Shown here: in pieces, positions 1-10,162 of the stretch
Layout: every line of letters starts with the position of its first letter
Numbering within the stretch: the stretch's first letter is position 1
DNA from: Macrostomum hystrix
Taxonomy: Eukaryota; Animalia; Platyhelminthes
Direction of reading: 5' to 3'
Assembly (NCBI GenBank): GCA_950097015.1
Contig: CATNEN010000001.1
Coordinates: 19,964,001-20,028,000 of the forward strand
Length of the DNA stretch: 64,000 nucleotides
Translations under genes and position numbers: made by a program
Notes under the pieces: model-generated
What the model was told of the DNA's origin: nothing
What the model saw: only the letters and a program-made list of their open reading frames with translations
Databases searched by the model: none

Positions 1-1499
1 ACAGTTCATACCAGCCCTGTATAATTACCTCAATTGTGGTCCTATTTAACCTAATATAGCTAACAATCCTTTATAAGCTCTTATCAGCCTTCTGCCCCTT
101 CTTGCCTAGCTATAGATCTAAATACAAACAGCAAACCAACTGTCTCACCTCTCACACCTAACAGGACAAGGAGAGCCTATCTAACAGGACAAGGAGTCCC
201 AAGAATCCTAATCTAGTGTTGAAGCTGAATGGCCAACAATCAACAACAGCCTGTTGAGTGCCAACCAAAAAGACATGGTTGACTAACTGTGAATAAACTA
301 ATCTTGTTCTGAATGCCTTTATGAATATTGATTAAACTGAGGCCCTCTTTTTATCCCTAGTTGACATTTCAAAATTTGCTAATATAGATAAACACAGAAC
401 TTGAGCTGCTATAAGAGACTTAAAGGTAAAATGGTAAAAATGTGCCTTCTGTAAAAACTGTAGCTACAGTGCATAAATATTTCAGAACCTATACACAAAC
501 TTCATAAGAACACACTTTGCTTCTGTATTCATATAACATACTCTAAATACAAATGCCAACTCAAATAATTATGACATGGCTGAAATTCCTAGCAATTAAA
601 TGCTTGAAATAATAATTAGCTTTGCAAAATAAACTTTCCCTATGTTTCGTGAAGAAATGGCAGGAAAAAATCTCATGAGTCTTTGTATTTATTTCGTCTT
701 GTCTAATTAATTTCAGTGTCAACGGAGAAGTGAAAGTGAAAACAAAGGTTTGCAGTGCATTGCAGCTTAAAAAGTGATTTGCTCAAGCCAAAATAAATGT
801 GAATTCTCAAGTTCTACGTTTGAGAAATATGTGATATATGAAATATGTTTATGATTTTCTAACTATTGCTGTGTGACTGGCTTTTTGAAGGATAAAAACA
901 CTTTTTCACTGGCTGTTGTTAAGCCAAAGTGGCGTCAAGACTGACAATGCCGTAGGAAATTAGCGCTGTACATTATGAAAATTCTAACTACAACTGTGTA
1001 ATGCTGCTGCAGTTCTAAATATCAATTCGGTTTTGGTTTTTTCGCTTTTTAATTTTATAAAACAAAATATTTTTACGAAGATCAAGCTGCTGGCTGCAGA
1101 AGTGTTCAGTCCATGGACTGGGTTACGCCATGCTGACCCTTATCTAAAAATTCTGAAGTTTGCTTTCTCAAAGGGAGCAACGGTTCAGAGAACTTAAAGC
1201 CCGTCAGAACTTCAGAATAAGCCGCCTGTCCACCTGTGTTGACAGTCATTTTTTAATTCACACGCTCGTTGCAACGAAGATGATCTATCTTGTTTGCTTA
1301 TGAGGTTTGTTTTTAGATAAGGCACATTTGGGAGAATCTAGGCTGAACATGACAGCTAAAACTGCAGAACATTCTAGAACATTCTGGAACAGAATTCATT
1401 TCACGAGTGAAGCGGGGATAGAGGAAAGGAAACAGGGGGTTGGCGGTGCAGGGGGTACTTATAAAATTATAAACTCGGCCGGTCGATTTCGAAATTTCG

Positions 1500-1868
1500 A
1501 TGGAGCTCCGAATTAAAAAAACACGAACCACGCGCCCAGTAGAGTTGATGGAGCATAGGAGAATCAGCAAGCAGGTGATGGAGCAGCAGCGCAGAGCCAG
1601 AATTAATGCCAGCTTGGACAGACTCAAAGAGCTGCTGCAGGCCAACAAGGTGATAAAACCGTACCGGATTAAGCGCCTAGAGAAAGCCGACATCCTGGAG
1701 CTGACAGTGGAGCTGCTGCTGAATGGCTCAGCCAAGACTCAATCTACGGCCATGAGCTTCTGCTGCAAGTCTTCGGCCTCATCAACGGTGTCGGCTTTGT
1801 CTACTGACGAAGAATCTAGCCAGTCGATGGACCAGGAGGGAGCCCAGCCTGTGTGGCGTCCTTGGTAA
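1500..1868 (+). CDS. Hairy/Enhancer-of-split (HES)-like bHLH repressor, intronless, no obvious Orange domain
   Basis: HES-type bHLH (RRISKQVMEQQRRARINASLDRLKELL...KRLEKADILELTV) and C-terminal WRPW Groucho-binding tetrapeptide; TATA-like TATAAAATTATAAA ~30-40 bp upstream. Confidence 0.85.
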   Translation: MELRIKKTRTTRPVELMEHRRISKQVMEQQRRARINASLDRLKELLQANKVIKPYRIKRLEKADILELTVELLLNGSAKTQSTAMSFCCKSSASSTVSALSTDEESSQSMDQEGAQPVWRPW

Positions 1869-1955
1869 CCGGCCCCTGGCAACAGCATCCGGCATTCCAG
1901 CATAAGTCAACTTAGTGAATTAGTTTCGTCGTTTTTTATTTAGTTGTCATGGACT

Positions 1956-2830
1956 GATTGTCCCCAAACTGAGGATCTGGGATTGTGACGAAACTGAGGA
2001 TCTGGGATTGTCACGAAACTGAGAATCTGGGATTGTCACCAAACTGAGGATCTGGGATAATTGTCATTTAACTGAGGATCTAGGATTGTCACGAAACTGA
2101 GGATCTGGGGTTGTCACGAAACTGAGAATCTGGGGTTGTCACCAAACTGAGGATCTGGGATTGTCACCAAACTGAGGATCTGGGATTGTCACCAAACTGA
2201 GGATCTGGGATAATTGTCACGAAACTGAGGATCTGGGGTTGTCACGAAACTGAGAATCTGGGGTTGTCACCAAACTGAGGATCTGGGATTGTCACCAAAC
2301 TGAGGATCTGGGATAATTGTCATTAAACTGAGGATCTGGGATTGTCACCAAACTGAGGATCTGGGATTGTCACGAAACTGAGAATCTGGGATTGTCACCA
2401 AACTGAGGATCTGGGATTGTCACCAAACTGAGGATCTGGGATAATTGTCATTAAACTGAGGATCTGGGATTGTCCCAAACTGAGGATCTGGGATTGTCAC
2501 CAAACTGAGGATCTGGGATTGTCACAAACAGAGGATCTGGGATTGTCACCAAACAGAGGTTCTGGGATTGTCACCAAACTGAGGATCTGGGATAATTGTC
2601 ATTAAACTGAGCTTTAAATGTTTATATATTGTTGTATCATTGTATCGTTGTATCGTATCAATGTTGTATCATTGTTGTTGTGTTGTATCAGTGTTGTATC
2701 AAGGCTTAGTTCATTTCATTGTTTAAAACTTTTTATCTGGGGGATTATCACCAATCTGGGATTGTCCCAAACTGAGGATCTGCGATTGTCACCAAACTGA
2801 GGATCTGGGATAATTGTCATTAAACTGAGC
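1956..2830. repeat. 25-bp minisatellite (AAACTGAGGATCTGGGATTGTCACC) with 28-bp variant units
   Basis: Tandem units visible at 1956-2611 and again at ~2740-2830; the adjacent (TTGTATC)-rich block is also duplicated (2612-2725 / 2831-2945). Confidence 0.95.
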
Positions 2831-3146
2831 TTTAAATTTTTATATATCGTTGTATCATTGTATCGTTGTATCGTATCAATGTTGTATCATTGTTGTTGTG
2901 TTGTATCAGTGTTGTATCAAGACTTAGTTCATTTCATTGCTTAAATTTTTTAATTTACTAATACAAATCATTAAAGAAATAAATAATTAAATCAATGTAT
3001 GCTCTTGACTTACTTGACTTAGCGGCAGGGAGCCTCCATGACGGACGCAGCGAGGAGGCGGCCGGTGCCGCCCATATCGGAAGCTTAGACTTAGAAGCTT
3101 ACTGGAATATATGCTCAGTTAAAGAGTGACTATAAGCATGCCAAAC

Positions 3147-3268
3147 TTTATCGGGTCGGATCCAATTGAAAATCTATCTAGAAATGATTTCCTACACGAC
3201 TGAGTTGGTTTCATGATTTCAAATGATTTCCACTCGAACTTATTAACCTGGAAAGTCACCTAGAAAAT
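3147..3268 (+). repeat. Dispersed ~170-bp repeat, copy A (5'-truncated)
   Basis: TTTATCG.GTCGGAT.CAATTGAAAATC.ATCTAGAAATGATTTCCTACACGACTGAGTTGG shared with 17834-17959 and 26794-26963. Confidence 0.85.
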
Positions 3269-3278
3269 ATTATCTTGA

Positions 3279-4012
3279 AGTAGTAGGGCGAATTATGACA
3301 CTGCCGCATTAGCACTGGGGAGATAGGAAAGCAATGTAAAAGGATAGGAGCGGGGCTTACACAGTGGAGATATGCAGGCCAATCAGGTGGGTTTGTGCAG
3401 GAGCCCATTACTGTGCTTATGACACTGCCGCATTAGCACTGGGGAGATAGGAAAGCAATGTAAAAGGATAGGAGCGGGGCCTACACAGTGGAGATATGCA
3501 GGCCAATCAGGTGGGTTTGTGCAGGAGCCCATTACTGTGCTTATGACACTGCCGCATTAGCACTGGGGAGATAGGAAAGCAATGTAAAATGATAGGAAGG
3601 AAACGAATGCACTGCAGAGATAAGAGAAATGGCTGGCCTATCTCTGTGCATTAGGGATGGATTAACACTGCAGGGATAGGAAGAGAGGCCGGCCTATCTC
3701 TTTGCGCTGGGTGATTAACACAGCAGAGATAGGAGTAGAGGGGGTGTGGGGGTGTGGGGGCGAAGCCCCCACATTTTAATTAGCCTTTAATTTTCTTGGT
3801 CACTCTGCCTCTGACAAACGGAACTCGCTGGCGCTGGCCCATTTAACCTCCAAGCAGCTGCACTGAGAGAACGTTAAATGCTACCTTGATGTCTGTGATG
3901 CAGGTCATTGCAAGGTCCTGCCTTGCTGGTCTATCTCTCTCTTTGCATTGGGGGTGGGTTAACACTGCAGGGATAGGAAGAGAGGGTCCGCCTATCATTT
4001 GGCACTGCAAAT
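3279..4012 (+). repeat. Polinton left TIR, containing ~2.4 copies of a 124-bp internal repeat
   Basis: Reverse complement of 17085-17818 with only a few mismatches, mostly at the inner end; internal units start at ~3293, 3417, 3541. Confidence 0.95.
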
Positions 4013-4289
4013 AGTCCTCGGAAATTCCGTGGGGTCCTAGTGTGTGAACAAACGCCTATGTGTTTGCATAGTGGACTCTGTCGCAGGTAAATCTGTCTGA
4101 GAGGGAGAAAACAGTGAAACCACCATCTGTTTGCAGTGGGTATGGGCAACACTGTAGAGATAGGACAGTGGATGCGTAGCATAGATACATAAATTCAGCC
4201 TAATGTTATTATAAGTTTTCTTAGTATTACAAGTGTATGCGCCCACAGTCTCACCCACCCCATTACGTTAACCCACCCCACTCCGCTGG

Positions 4290-4297
4290 TATATAAG
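4290..4297 (+). promoter_or_regulatory. TATA box upstream of the PC4-like gene
   Basis: TATATAAG ~85 bp upstream of an ATG in strong Kozak context (ACCATGG, 4378-4384). Confidence 0.5.
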
Positions 4298-4380
4298 GGT
4301 GGGGATTTTTTATTATCGTTAAGAGAGGATTTCTGTTAAACTAATAGCCATTTCGTCACGGAAGTTTGATCCATGCTACC

Positions 4381-4974
4381 ATGGATCTTAGCGACGGCTT
4401 CAAAGTTCAAGTACAGGAGTATGAAGGCAATAGATTCATCGCTATCCGACGCTTCTACTCTTCTGACGGGGAGCTGAAGCCTGGAATCCCTGGATTCAAC
4501 TTGAACGTACTCCAATGGGAGAAGCTGAAGCAGCTAAGGCGCCAACTCGTGCAGGCTGCAGTCAACCGACGAAACGTCACTGCCAAGCTGGGCTCCGACA
4601 AGCTCGTAGAAGTCAAGCGAGGAGTCATCTGGCTCAAGCGACTGCCGGAGGACTGCACGGAGGATTTCCTGAGACGGAATTCGATCGAGATGACTCCCCG
4701 TCTGTGGCGAGCGCTGTGGTGCCATGTCGACCGGATCAGTAGTGAGCTGAGAGGAAAGTCACCGGAGTGCGAGTACGAGCTGGACCCTCAGGACATCAAG
4801 ACCGAGCCGGACATCGAGAATCGGGCGGGCCAACACTCTAGTGAGGATGCGGACGACGAGAAGACGCTGCTGATTTCCGAGTCAGACAACCTCCGAACCG
4901 CTTCCAGCTGCAGCCCAACTGTCGACGCCCAAAGCATTCGGCTGCATCCCACAGCAGGACAGCGACCTGTCTAA
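4381..4974 (+). CDS. PC4/Sub1-like ssDNA-binding / transcription coactivator protein, two PC4-like units; C-terminus probably frameshifted (alternative frame open to 5134)
   Basis: KVQVQEYEGNRFIAIRRFYSSDGELKPGIPGFNLNVLQWEKLKQ matches the PC4 core (VSVRDFKGKVLIDIREYW...[22 protein letters not shown]). Confidence 0.85.
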   Translation: MDLSDGFKVQVQEYEGNRFIAIRRFYSSDGELKPGIPGFNLNVLQWEKLKQLRRQLVQAAVNRRNVTAKLGSDKLVEVKRGVIWLKRLPEDCTEDFLRRNSIEMTPRLWRALWCHVDRISSELRGKSPECEYELDPQDIKTEPDIENRAGQHSSEDADDEKTLLISESDNLRTASSCSPTVDAQSIRLHPTAGQRPV

Positions 4975-5415
4975 GGATCCTTACTGGTATCAGGCCCGTG
5001 CGGCTGCGGGTCTCAGTGTCAACTGCTTGATTGGAAGCCGCAAGCGCAAACAGCCATGGCCTCTGCGTAGGAGTGATGCGATCAAGTTTCCGAAGCTGAC
5101 GGATGACTCAGATGAAAACAAGGACAACGAGTGAATTTCCAAGTGACAGTACATGCATCAAATAATTTCTAACTTCATTCATTTGGTCAAATGCGCACTC
5201 AGCTTATTATCTATCCAGCCATATTTCAGCAATATAGGCTACAGAGTAATTTTGCTCTGTGCTTCTCGCAATAGCTAATTTAACTGTCTTTTTTGGCTTT
5301 ATTTCTCGGTATATGTATCAAGACATTTTATAAACTACATTGTGTCAATACAACTTAAGAAAGTTGCTAAAGACAAAAAATAATATTGATTCTGACATCC
5401 TCTTCATGTTGGAAA

Positions 5416-6483
5416 ATGGAAAAGCTTTACTACAACCCCGCTCAGCCGGCCAGTTTCTCAGGTGCATCAAAGTTGCAGCAGCAACTAGGGAAAAATAATG
5501 AGGTGAAATCTAGAAAATACATTGAGCTGTGGTTAACTGAACAGCCCGTGCACACACTGCACAGGTCGGCTAGAAGGCGCTATCCCAGAGCACCAATCAT
5601 AGTGCGATCCATTGACGATCAATGGGAGCTTGACTTGATTGAGATGATTCCATTCGCAAAGTACAATAATGGCTACAAGTACATTCTCACATGCATTGAT
5701 GTGCTGTCTAAATGTGCATGGGCCAGGCCATTGAAAAATAAATCAGCTGCAGAAGTGCAGTCCGCATTCGAGAGCATTCTGAAATACTCAAAACGCCAGC
5801 CTCGCACAGTCCGCACAGATCAGGGGAAAGAGTTTCTTAACACTACTTTTCGCCAATTCTGCATAGAGCGGGGGATTCTGGCTTTCCCAACCAATAGTGA
5901 GCAGAAAGCAGCCATCATTGAGCGATGGAACAGAACTCTGAAGAGCAAAATTTGGCGGTATTTCACGTACAAAAGCACCCTGCACTGGGTTGACGTGCTG
6001 TCCAAGCTAGTGAAGTCCTACAACAGCACTTACCATAGAAGCATAAAAATGGCGCCAACAAGCGTCTGCAAAGAGAATGAATCTGAGGTCTGGATGAACC
6101 TGTACGATGGGAAAGCAATTGAGACAATAGAGAAGCTGAAGAAACCGAAATTCTGCGACAATCAGTTAGTGAGAATTTCCAATGCACCCAGGGTGTTCCG
6201 AAAGGGCTACAAGGCCAACTGGAGCGAGGAAGTGTACACTGTGGTGGCCAGGGCCCCGAAGCACTACCCGTACATGTACAAGATTAGAGACATGAAGGGG
6301 GAAGAGATTCGAGGCCTCTTCCATGAGCATGAGCTGCAGGCTGTTCCGGACTCACAGCGGTTGTATGTGATTGAAAAGATTTTGAAGACTGAGAAACGTC
6401 ATGGAAAAATCCGATATCTTGTGAAGTGGGCCGGCTACAACTCCACCGGGTGGGTGGATGAAAAGGACTTAAGAAAAGTCTAG
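5416..6483 (+). CDS. Polinton retroviral-like (rve) integrase with C-terminal chromodomain
   Basis: DDE triad (WELDL, RTDQGKEF, AAIIERWNRTLK); Polinton-type N-terminus YYNP..PASFSG; chromodomain YVIEKIL...RYLVKWAGY; intact ORF. Confidence 0.95.
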   Translation: MEKLYYNPAQPASFSGASKLQQQLGKNNEVKSRKYIELWLTEQPVHTLHRSARRRYPRAPIIVRSIDDQWELDLIEMIPFAKYNNGYKYILTCIDVLSKCAWARPLKNKSAAEVQSAFESILKYSKRQPRTVRTDQGKEFLNTTFRQFCIERGILAFPTNSEQKAAIIERWNRTLKSKIWRYFTYKSTLHWVDVLSKLVKSYNSTYHRSIKMAPTSVCKENESEVWMNLYDGKAIETIEKLKKPKFCDNQLVRISNAPRVFRKGYKANWSEEVYTVVARAPKHYPYMYKIRDMKGEEIRGLFHEHELQAVPDSQRLYVIEKILKTEKRHGKIRYLVKWAGYNSTGWVDEKDLRKV

Positions 6484-6520
6484 TAGTAAACCTATTTCGG
6501 TGATAAAGGTATTTTCTATT

Positions 6521-7350
6521 ATGAGAAACATTGTTATCAACAGTGAACATGCTGAAGGTACTTCTAGTGACTTTCATTTTCACCTGCCTTCACCTATTTA
6601 CTTGGATCGAAATGTGGACTATGAGGCTGGTCTGGTTGAAATCCATCTGCCTGTTGCATGGTTCAATCTTGACGAACCTTACTGCATCACTGTCTCAGTT
6701 GGAAGAGAGCACGAGGCCCTGGTTCTTCAACCTGGACGCTTTGCTAGAGTGGAGGAGCTGGTGGAGTGCCTGAATGAGCTGCTGACCAACTCTGAGTCTC
6801 TGTTCTTTGATGCGAGAAGCGACAGAGATGCTGAAATGGAGGCAGACAAATCGGGTCTGCTGGGGCGGCGTGGTAGTGCAAGAGAGTTCGCTATAAAATT
6901 TGAAATATGCAACTCAAGAACTGTTGTGCAAAACAGTACCGCGGAAGCAGAGCTGTTTCTTCCTCCTAACAAAATTCTGCAGTGGCTTGGATTCGGAAGT
7001 CAAGCAGTTACGATCCGACCTGGTCGCTTTGTGTCAAAGCATTACATTGGCTGCCCACGCACCAGCTAAATAATGTCCACTGCAGCATTGTTGAATCAAC
7101 TAACTGCAACTGCAGCTCCCTGCTGAGAACTGTTAGCATGAATTCTGAAATTGAATGGGGTTACTATCTGAGCAAAGTGTTTAAGAAAACGACATTCTTT
7201 CCGATTCAGAGAGTCAATTTCCTACAAAGTATTCGAATTCAACTGCGAGACATTTTTGACTGCACATTTATCGCGCAGACTTGCAGTCCTGTTTTGCTGA
7301 CCGTTCAGATTCGCGAAAAAAAATTCAATGAATTATCAGCAGCTGATTAG
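6521..7350 (+). pseudogene. Minor capsid (penton, PX-like), frameshifted at ~7063
   Basis: SDFHFHLPSPIYL...YEAGLVEIHLP..WFN motif; a single ORF in the second copy (56881-57690), split by a 1-nt deletion here. Confidence 0.8.
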
Positions 7351-7640
7351 GCAATACTCGGGAGCTCAAACAGGAGCTCAAAAGTCAGTACTTTATGGCT
7401 GCGGGAGTTCTCCAGGGCTTATGACGTACCAGCCTCCACCAGATGCTTCATCATCATCATTAACAGGGCTGATCAATAGCAGCCGTGGCAAAACAAAAAG
7501 TCCTAAGAAATCGAAACGAAAGCAGAAAAAAAATGAAAGAAGAATCAACTAGCCGGAACACTAGTCGCAAGAGAGGAAGGAAGACAAAGACTGGCAAGAA
7601 AAAGCTTAAGAAAAGGACTGACAAGAAAAGGAAAGCAACC
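7328..7640 (+). pseudogene. Basic Lys/Arg-rich core-like protein; frameshift in an A-run and 3' end deleted
   Basis: MNYQQLIRQYSGAQT...LYGCG plus K/R-rich tail; homologous to intact 57687-58070. Confidence 0.65.
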
Positions 7641-8587
7641 AGCGAATCGTCTCTGGGGGTGACCAGCTGTACCCGTACCATGCCTACTTCAAAGCACTGA
7701 TGGGCTCATCCGATGCCCAGCAACTCAAATTTCACCCTGCCGGTTTCTTGGAACCCGACTCAGCTGATGAGGACCACACTGAGAACCACAGGACCTCCCA
7801 ATGGAGGGAATATGTGGGACCACTCCTTAGCGACATTTTCCAGTGCCCTGTGTTTCTGCTGAACAATTTGCACCTGCACATCAAACTGGTGCCCAGTGAC
7901 GGAGCATTTGGAATCAGAGCTCCAGCCGCCAACAACACCGCCTACAGGATGGAAATATCGCACTGCATCCTCTATCTCCGCCGAGTCAAAGTTCTGCCCC
8001 ACATCAGCTTGGCTCACGAGCAGGGGCTGGCTAATCAGAATGCGCTCTACCCAATTGAGCGAACTGAAATGCAAAACTTCATCCTGCCCCAGGGAATTCA
8101 GTCAAAAAATATTGAAGGATTCACGCACGGAAAGCTCCCGAAATTCATCATGCTGGCCTTCGTCAACCACCGAGCCTTCAATGGGCACCATCATTCCAGC
8201 CCGTTCCAGTTCCAAAACTTCAACCTGAGTCAGCTTGCTCTCAAGAAAGGGGGTGAATCCATGTGCCACGGGGCATTTACACCTGAGAACAATTCGTTTG
8301 TCAGAGAATATTTGCACTACCTGAAAAGCTGTCAATCTGCGAGCCACACCAACTCGGTTCCATCGATTCCCTACCAGCTCTTCTCGAACGAGAACACTGT
8401 GTTCGCATTCGATCTGACACCCGAGGGAGCGGCTCTGTGGTACGGGCAGAAGGAGGGAAACCTGCGGCTGGAGATTCGGTTCCGACAGGCCTTGGATGAA
8501 GCCGTGTCCCTGATTGTCATGTGTGTGTATGACTCACTGATTGAGGTCACCAAGCACAGGGAGCTATTGCTGGACTATTCATCTTAA
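7641..8587 (+). pseudogene. Major capsid protein (double jelly-roll, PY), N-terminally deleted
   Basis: Near-identical to the C-terminal part of 58074-59357 (GKLPKFIMLAFV..AFNG...SPFQFQNFNLS, VFAFDLTP, GNLRLEIRF); first ~110 codons missing. Confidence 0.9.
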
Positions 8588-9132
8588 TGAAAGTTGATAT
8601 GGATGCCCTTCAGCTGCGTTCTCTTGCTAGATCCTTCCTGCCCAGCAATCGAATCTTGATAATCACCCTTTGCTTAAAGCAAAAGACCTGGATAATAAAC
8701 TGGGATGAAGGAAGAATGCGTGAGAAAATTCCCAATCACAACAGAATCAGCAGCTTCTTCTTGATAAAACACAGCGTCTCGTTTGGACACTGGGTTGCAT
8801 GTTTTGTTGGCAATGGAAATGTAGTTGAATTATTTGATTCTCTCGGTTGGAATGCACAGACTCTGAGTGCCATCCACCATTTTTTTGCTAATAAATTCAA
8901 GTTTCCTTTCCGCATGCTTTGCAATGTTAACCGAATCCAATGCAGTCAGTCGGACAAGTGCGGACTTTTCTGTCTCTATTTTGCATATCAAAGATTTCTT
9001 TTGAAGCGATCATTCGAATGGATTCTGCGAAATCTACACGTGAAAGAAAACTGCCCGTTGAATGACAGAATGCTTTGTCAGTTTGAAGCCAGCTTAAGAA
9101 AAAGAGGTTTATGGCGAAAAAGAAATAGTTGA
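8587..9132 (+). CDS. Adenain-like cysteine maturation protease
   Basis: Catalytic H/D/Q/C motifs GHWVA, ELFDSLG, RIQCSQSDKCGLFCLYF; position between capsid and ATPase. Confidence 0.92.
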   Translation: MKVDMDALQLRSLARSFLPSNRILIITLCLKQKTWIINWDEGRMREKIPNHNRISSFFLIKHSVSFGHWVACFVGNGNVVELFDSLGWNAQTLSAIHHFFANKFKFPFRMLCNVNRIQCSQSDKCGLFCLYFAYQRFLLKRSFEWILRNLHVKENCPLNDRMLCQFEASLRKRGLWRKRNS

Positions 9133-9149
9133 AATAAAGCCTAAGTGAG

Positions 9150-9803
9150 ATGGAGTCAGAAAGAGTGTACTATGATGTCCGCCTGCGACAGGGCAGCTGC
9201 ATGATGGTCTGCGGACCCACCAATGCTGGAAAGACAACCTTCGTGAAGCATCTAATACAGTACAGGGATGTATTATTCGACATCCAGCCTGGGAGAGTGC
9301 TCTGGTACTATGGAATCGCACAGCCAGCGCATGCTGAGTTGAGCAGTCTTGGTGTGCAATTGTATCAGGGATTACCCACTAACTTTGAGAGCTCATTGAT
9401 GAGCAATGCTCTGGTCATTTTTGATGACATGATTGATGAAACTTCTAACTCTGCCTCAATGCGAAATATTTTCACTGGACTCGCCCATCACCTGCCATGC
9501 TTTCTTGTAATGCTCACTCAGAATATGTTTTTCAAGGGCAAGGAGTTGCGGACCATGAGCTTGAACGCGATGTACTATGTGATCCTAAAAAACCCCAGAG
9601 ACCAGCTGCAGATCGCTGCATTGGGCAGGCAGTGCTTTCCAGAGAAGCCTGGCTTCCTGCTTGAGGTCTTCAAGCATGTCACAGCGCAGGGCAGGGGGAG
9701 CTACCTGTTTCTGGACTTTCACCCTTGCACTCCCGATGAGCTGCGAGTGCGAGCCAGAATTCTGCCCAATCAGGCCACATCTGGTTTATGCTTAAGAATA
9801 TAG
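9150..9803 (+). CDS. A32/FtsK-like DNA packaging ATPase
   Basis: Walker A GPTNAGKT, Walker B LVIFDD, LTQNMF, RTMSLNAMY...KNPRD, YLFLD; last few codons shifted versus copy 2. Confidence 0.95.
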   Translation: MESERVYYDVRLRQGSCMMVCGPTNAGKTTFVKHLIQYRDVLFDIQPGRVLWYYGIAQPAHAELSSLGVQLYQGLPTNFESSLMSNALVIFDDMIDETSNSASMRNIFTGLAHHLPCFLVMLTQNMFFKGKELRTMSLNAMYYVILKNPRDQLQIAALGRQCFPEKPGFLLEVFKHVTAQGRGSYLFLDFHPCTPDELRVRARILPNQATSGLCLRI

Positions 9804-9838
9804 GTTGAGAAATGCTATTAGCCTGAATTATTGCGACT

Positions 9839-10162
9839 ATGGAAGTGTTCGAAGCTCATCAAAGTTTATTTGAAGTCCTTGCCTCACACAAATATACAAT
9901 TAGCCTCAAGCGCACAATAATACAGCTGAGTCCGAAAGAAGCTTGCACTTTTCTTGTCGAGGCCTGCCACAACCTATTGGAAGAGAATTTGCCATTTTCT
10001 CTTGTTGAAAAGACAGCGCTATTGAAATCTAAAAATATAATCCGCAAGATTGCCCGGCAAAGAAAACAGAGTGACTTACTCAAAGCTTCTTTTATCAGAA
10101 TCCTCCCCATTCTGCTGAAACTTGTGAAAAAGAAGAGGAAAAGAGATGCACAAATTCAATGA
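9839..10162 (+). CDS. Conserved small Polinton/Maverick protein
   Basis: LVEACHNLLEENLPFS...K..IIRKIA motif recalled from Maverick conserved ORFs; homolog at 60606-60911. Confidence 0.65.
   Translation: MEVFEAHQSLFEVLASHKYTISLKRTIIQLSPKEACTFLVEACHNLLEENLPFSLVEKTALLKSKNIIRKIARQRKQSDLLKASFIRILPILLKLVKKKRKRDAQIQ

Noticed and set aside
1500-1868. HES-like gene as Polinton cargo
   Set aside because: It lies outside the left TIR and TSD (3273-3279)
1956-2830. Regular 25-28 bp repeat array as a CRISPR-like locus
   Set aside because: Units are directly adjacent with no unique spacers, no cas genes, eukaryotic context; it is a minisatellite
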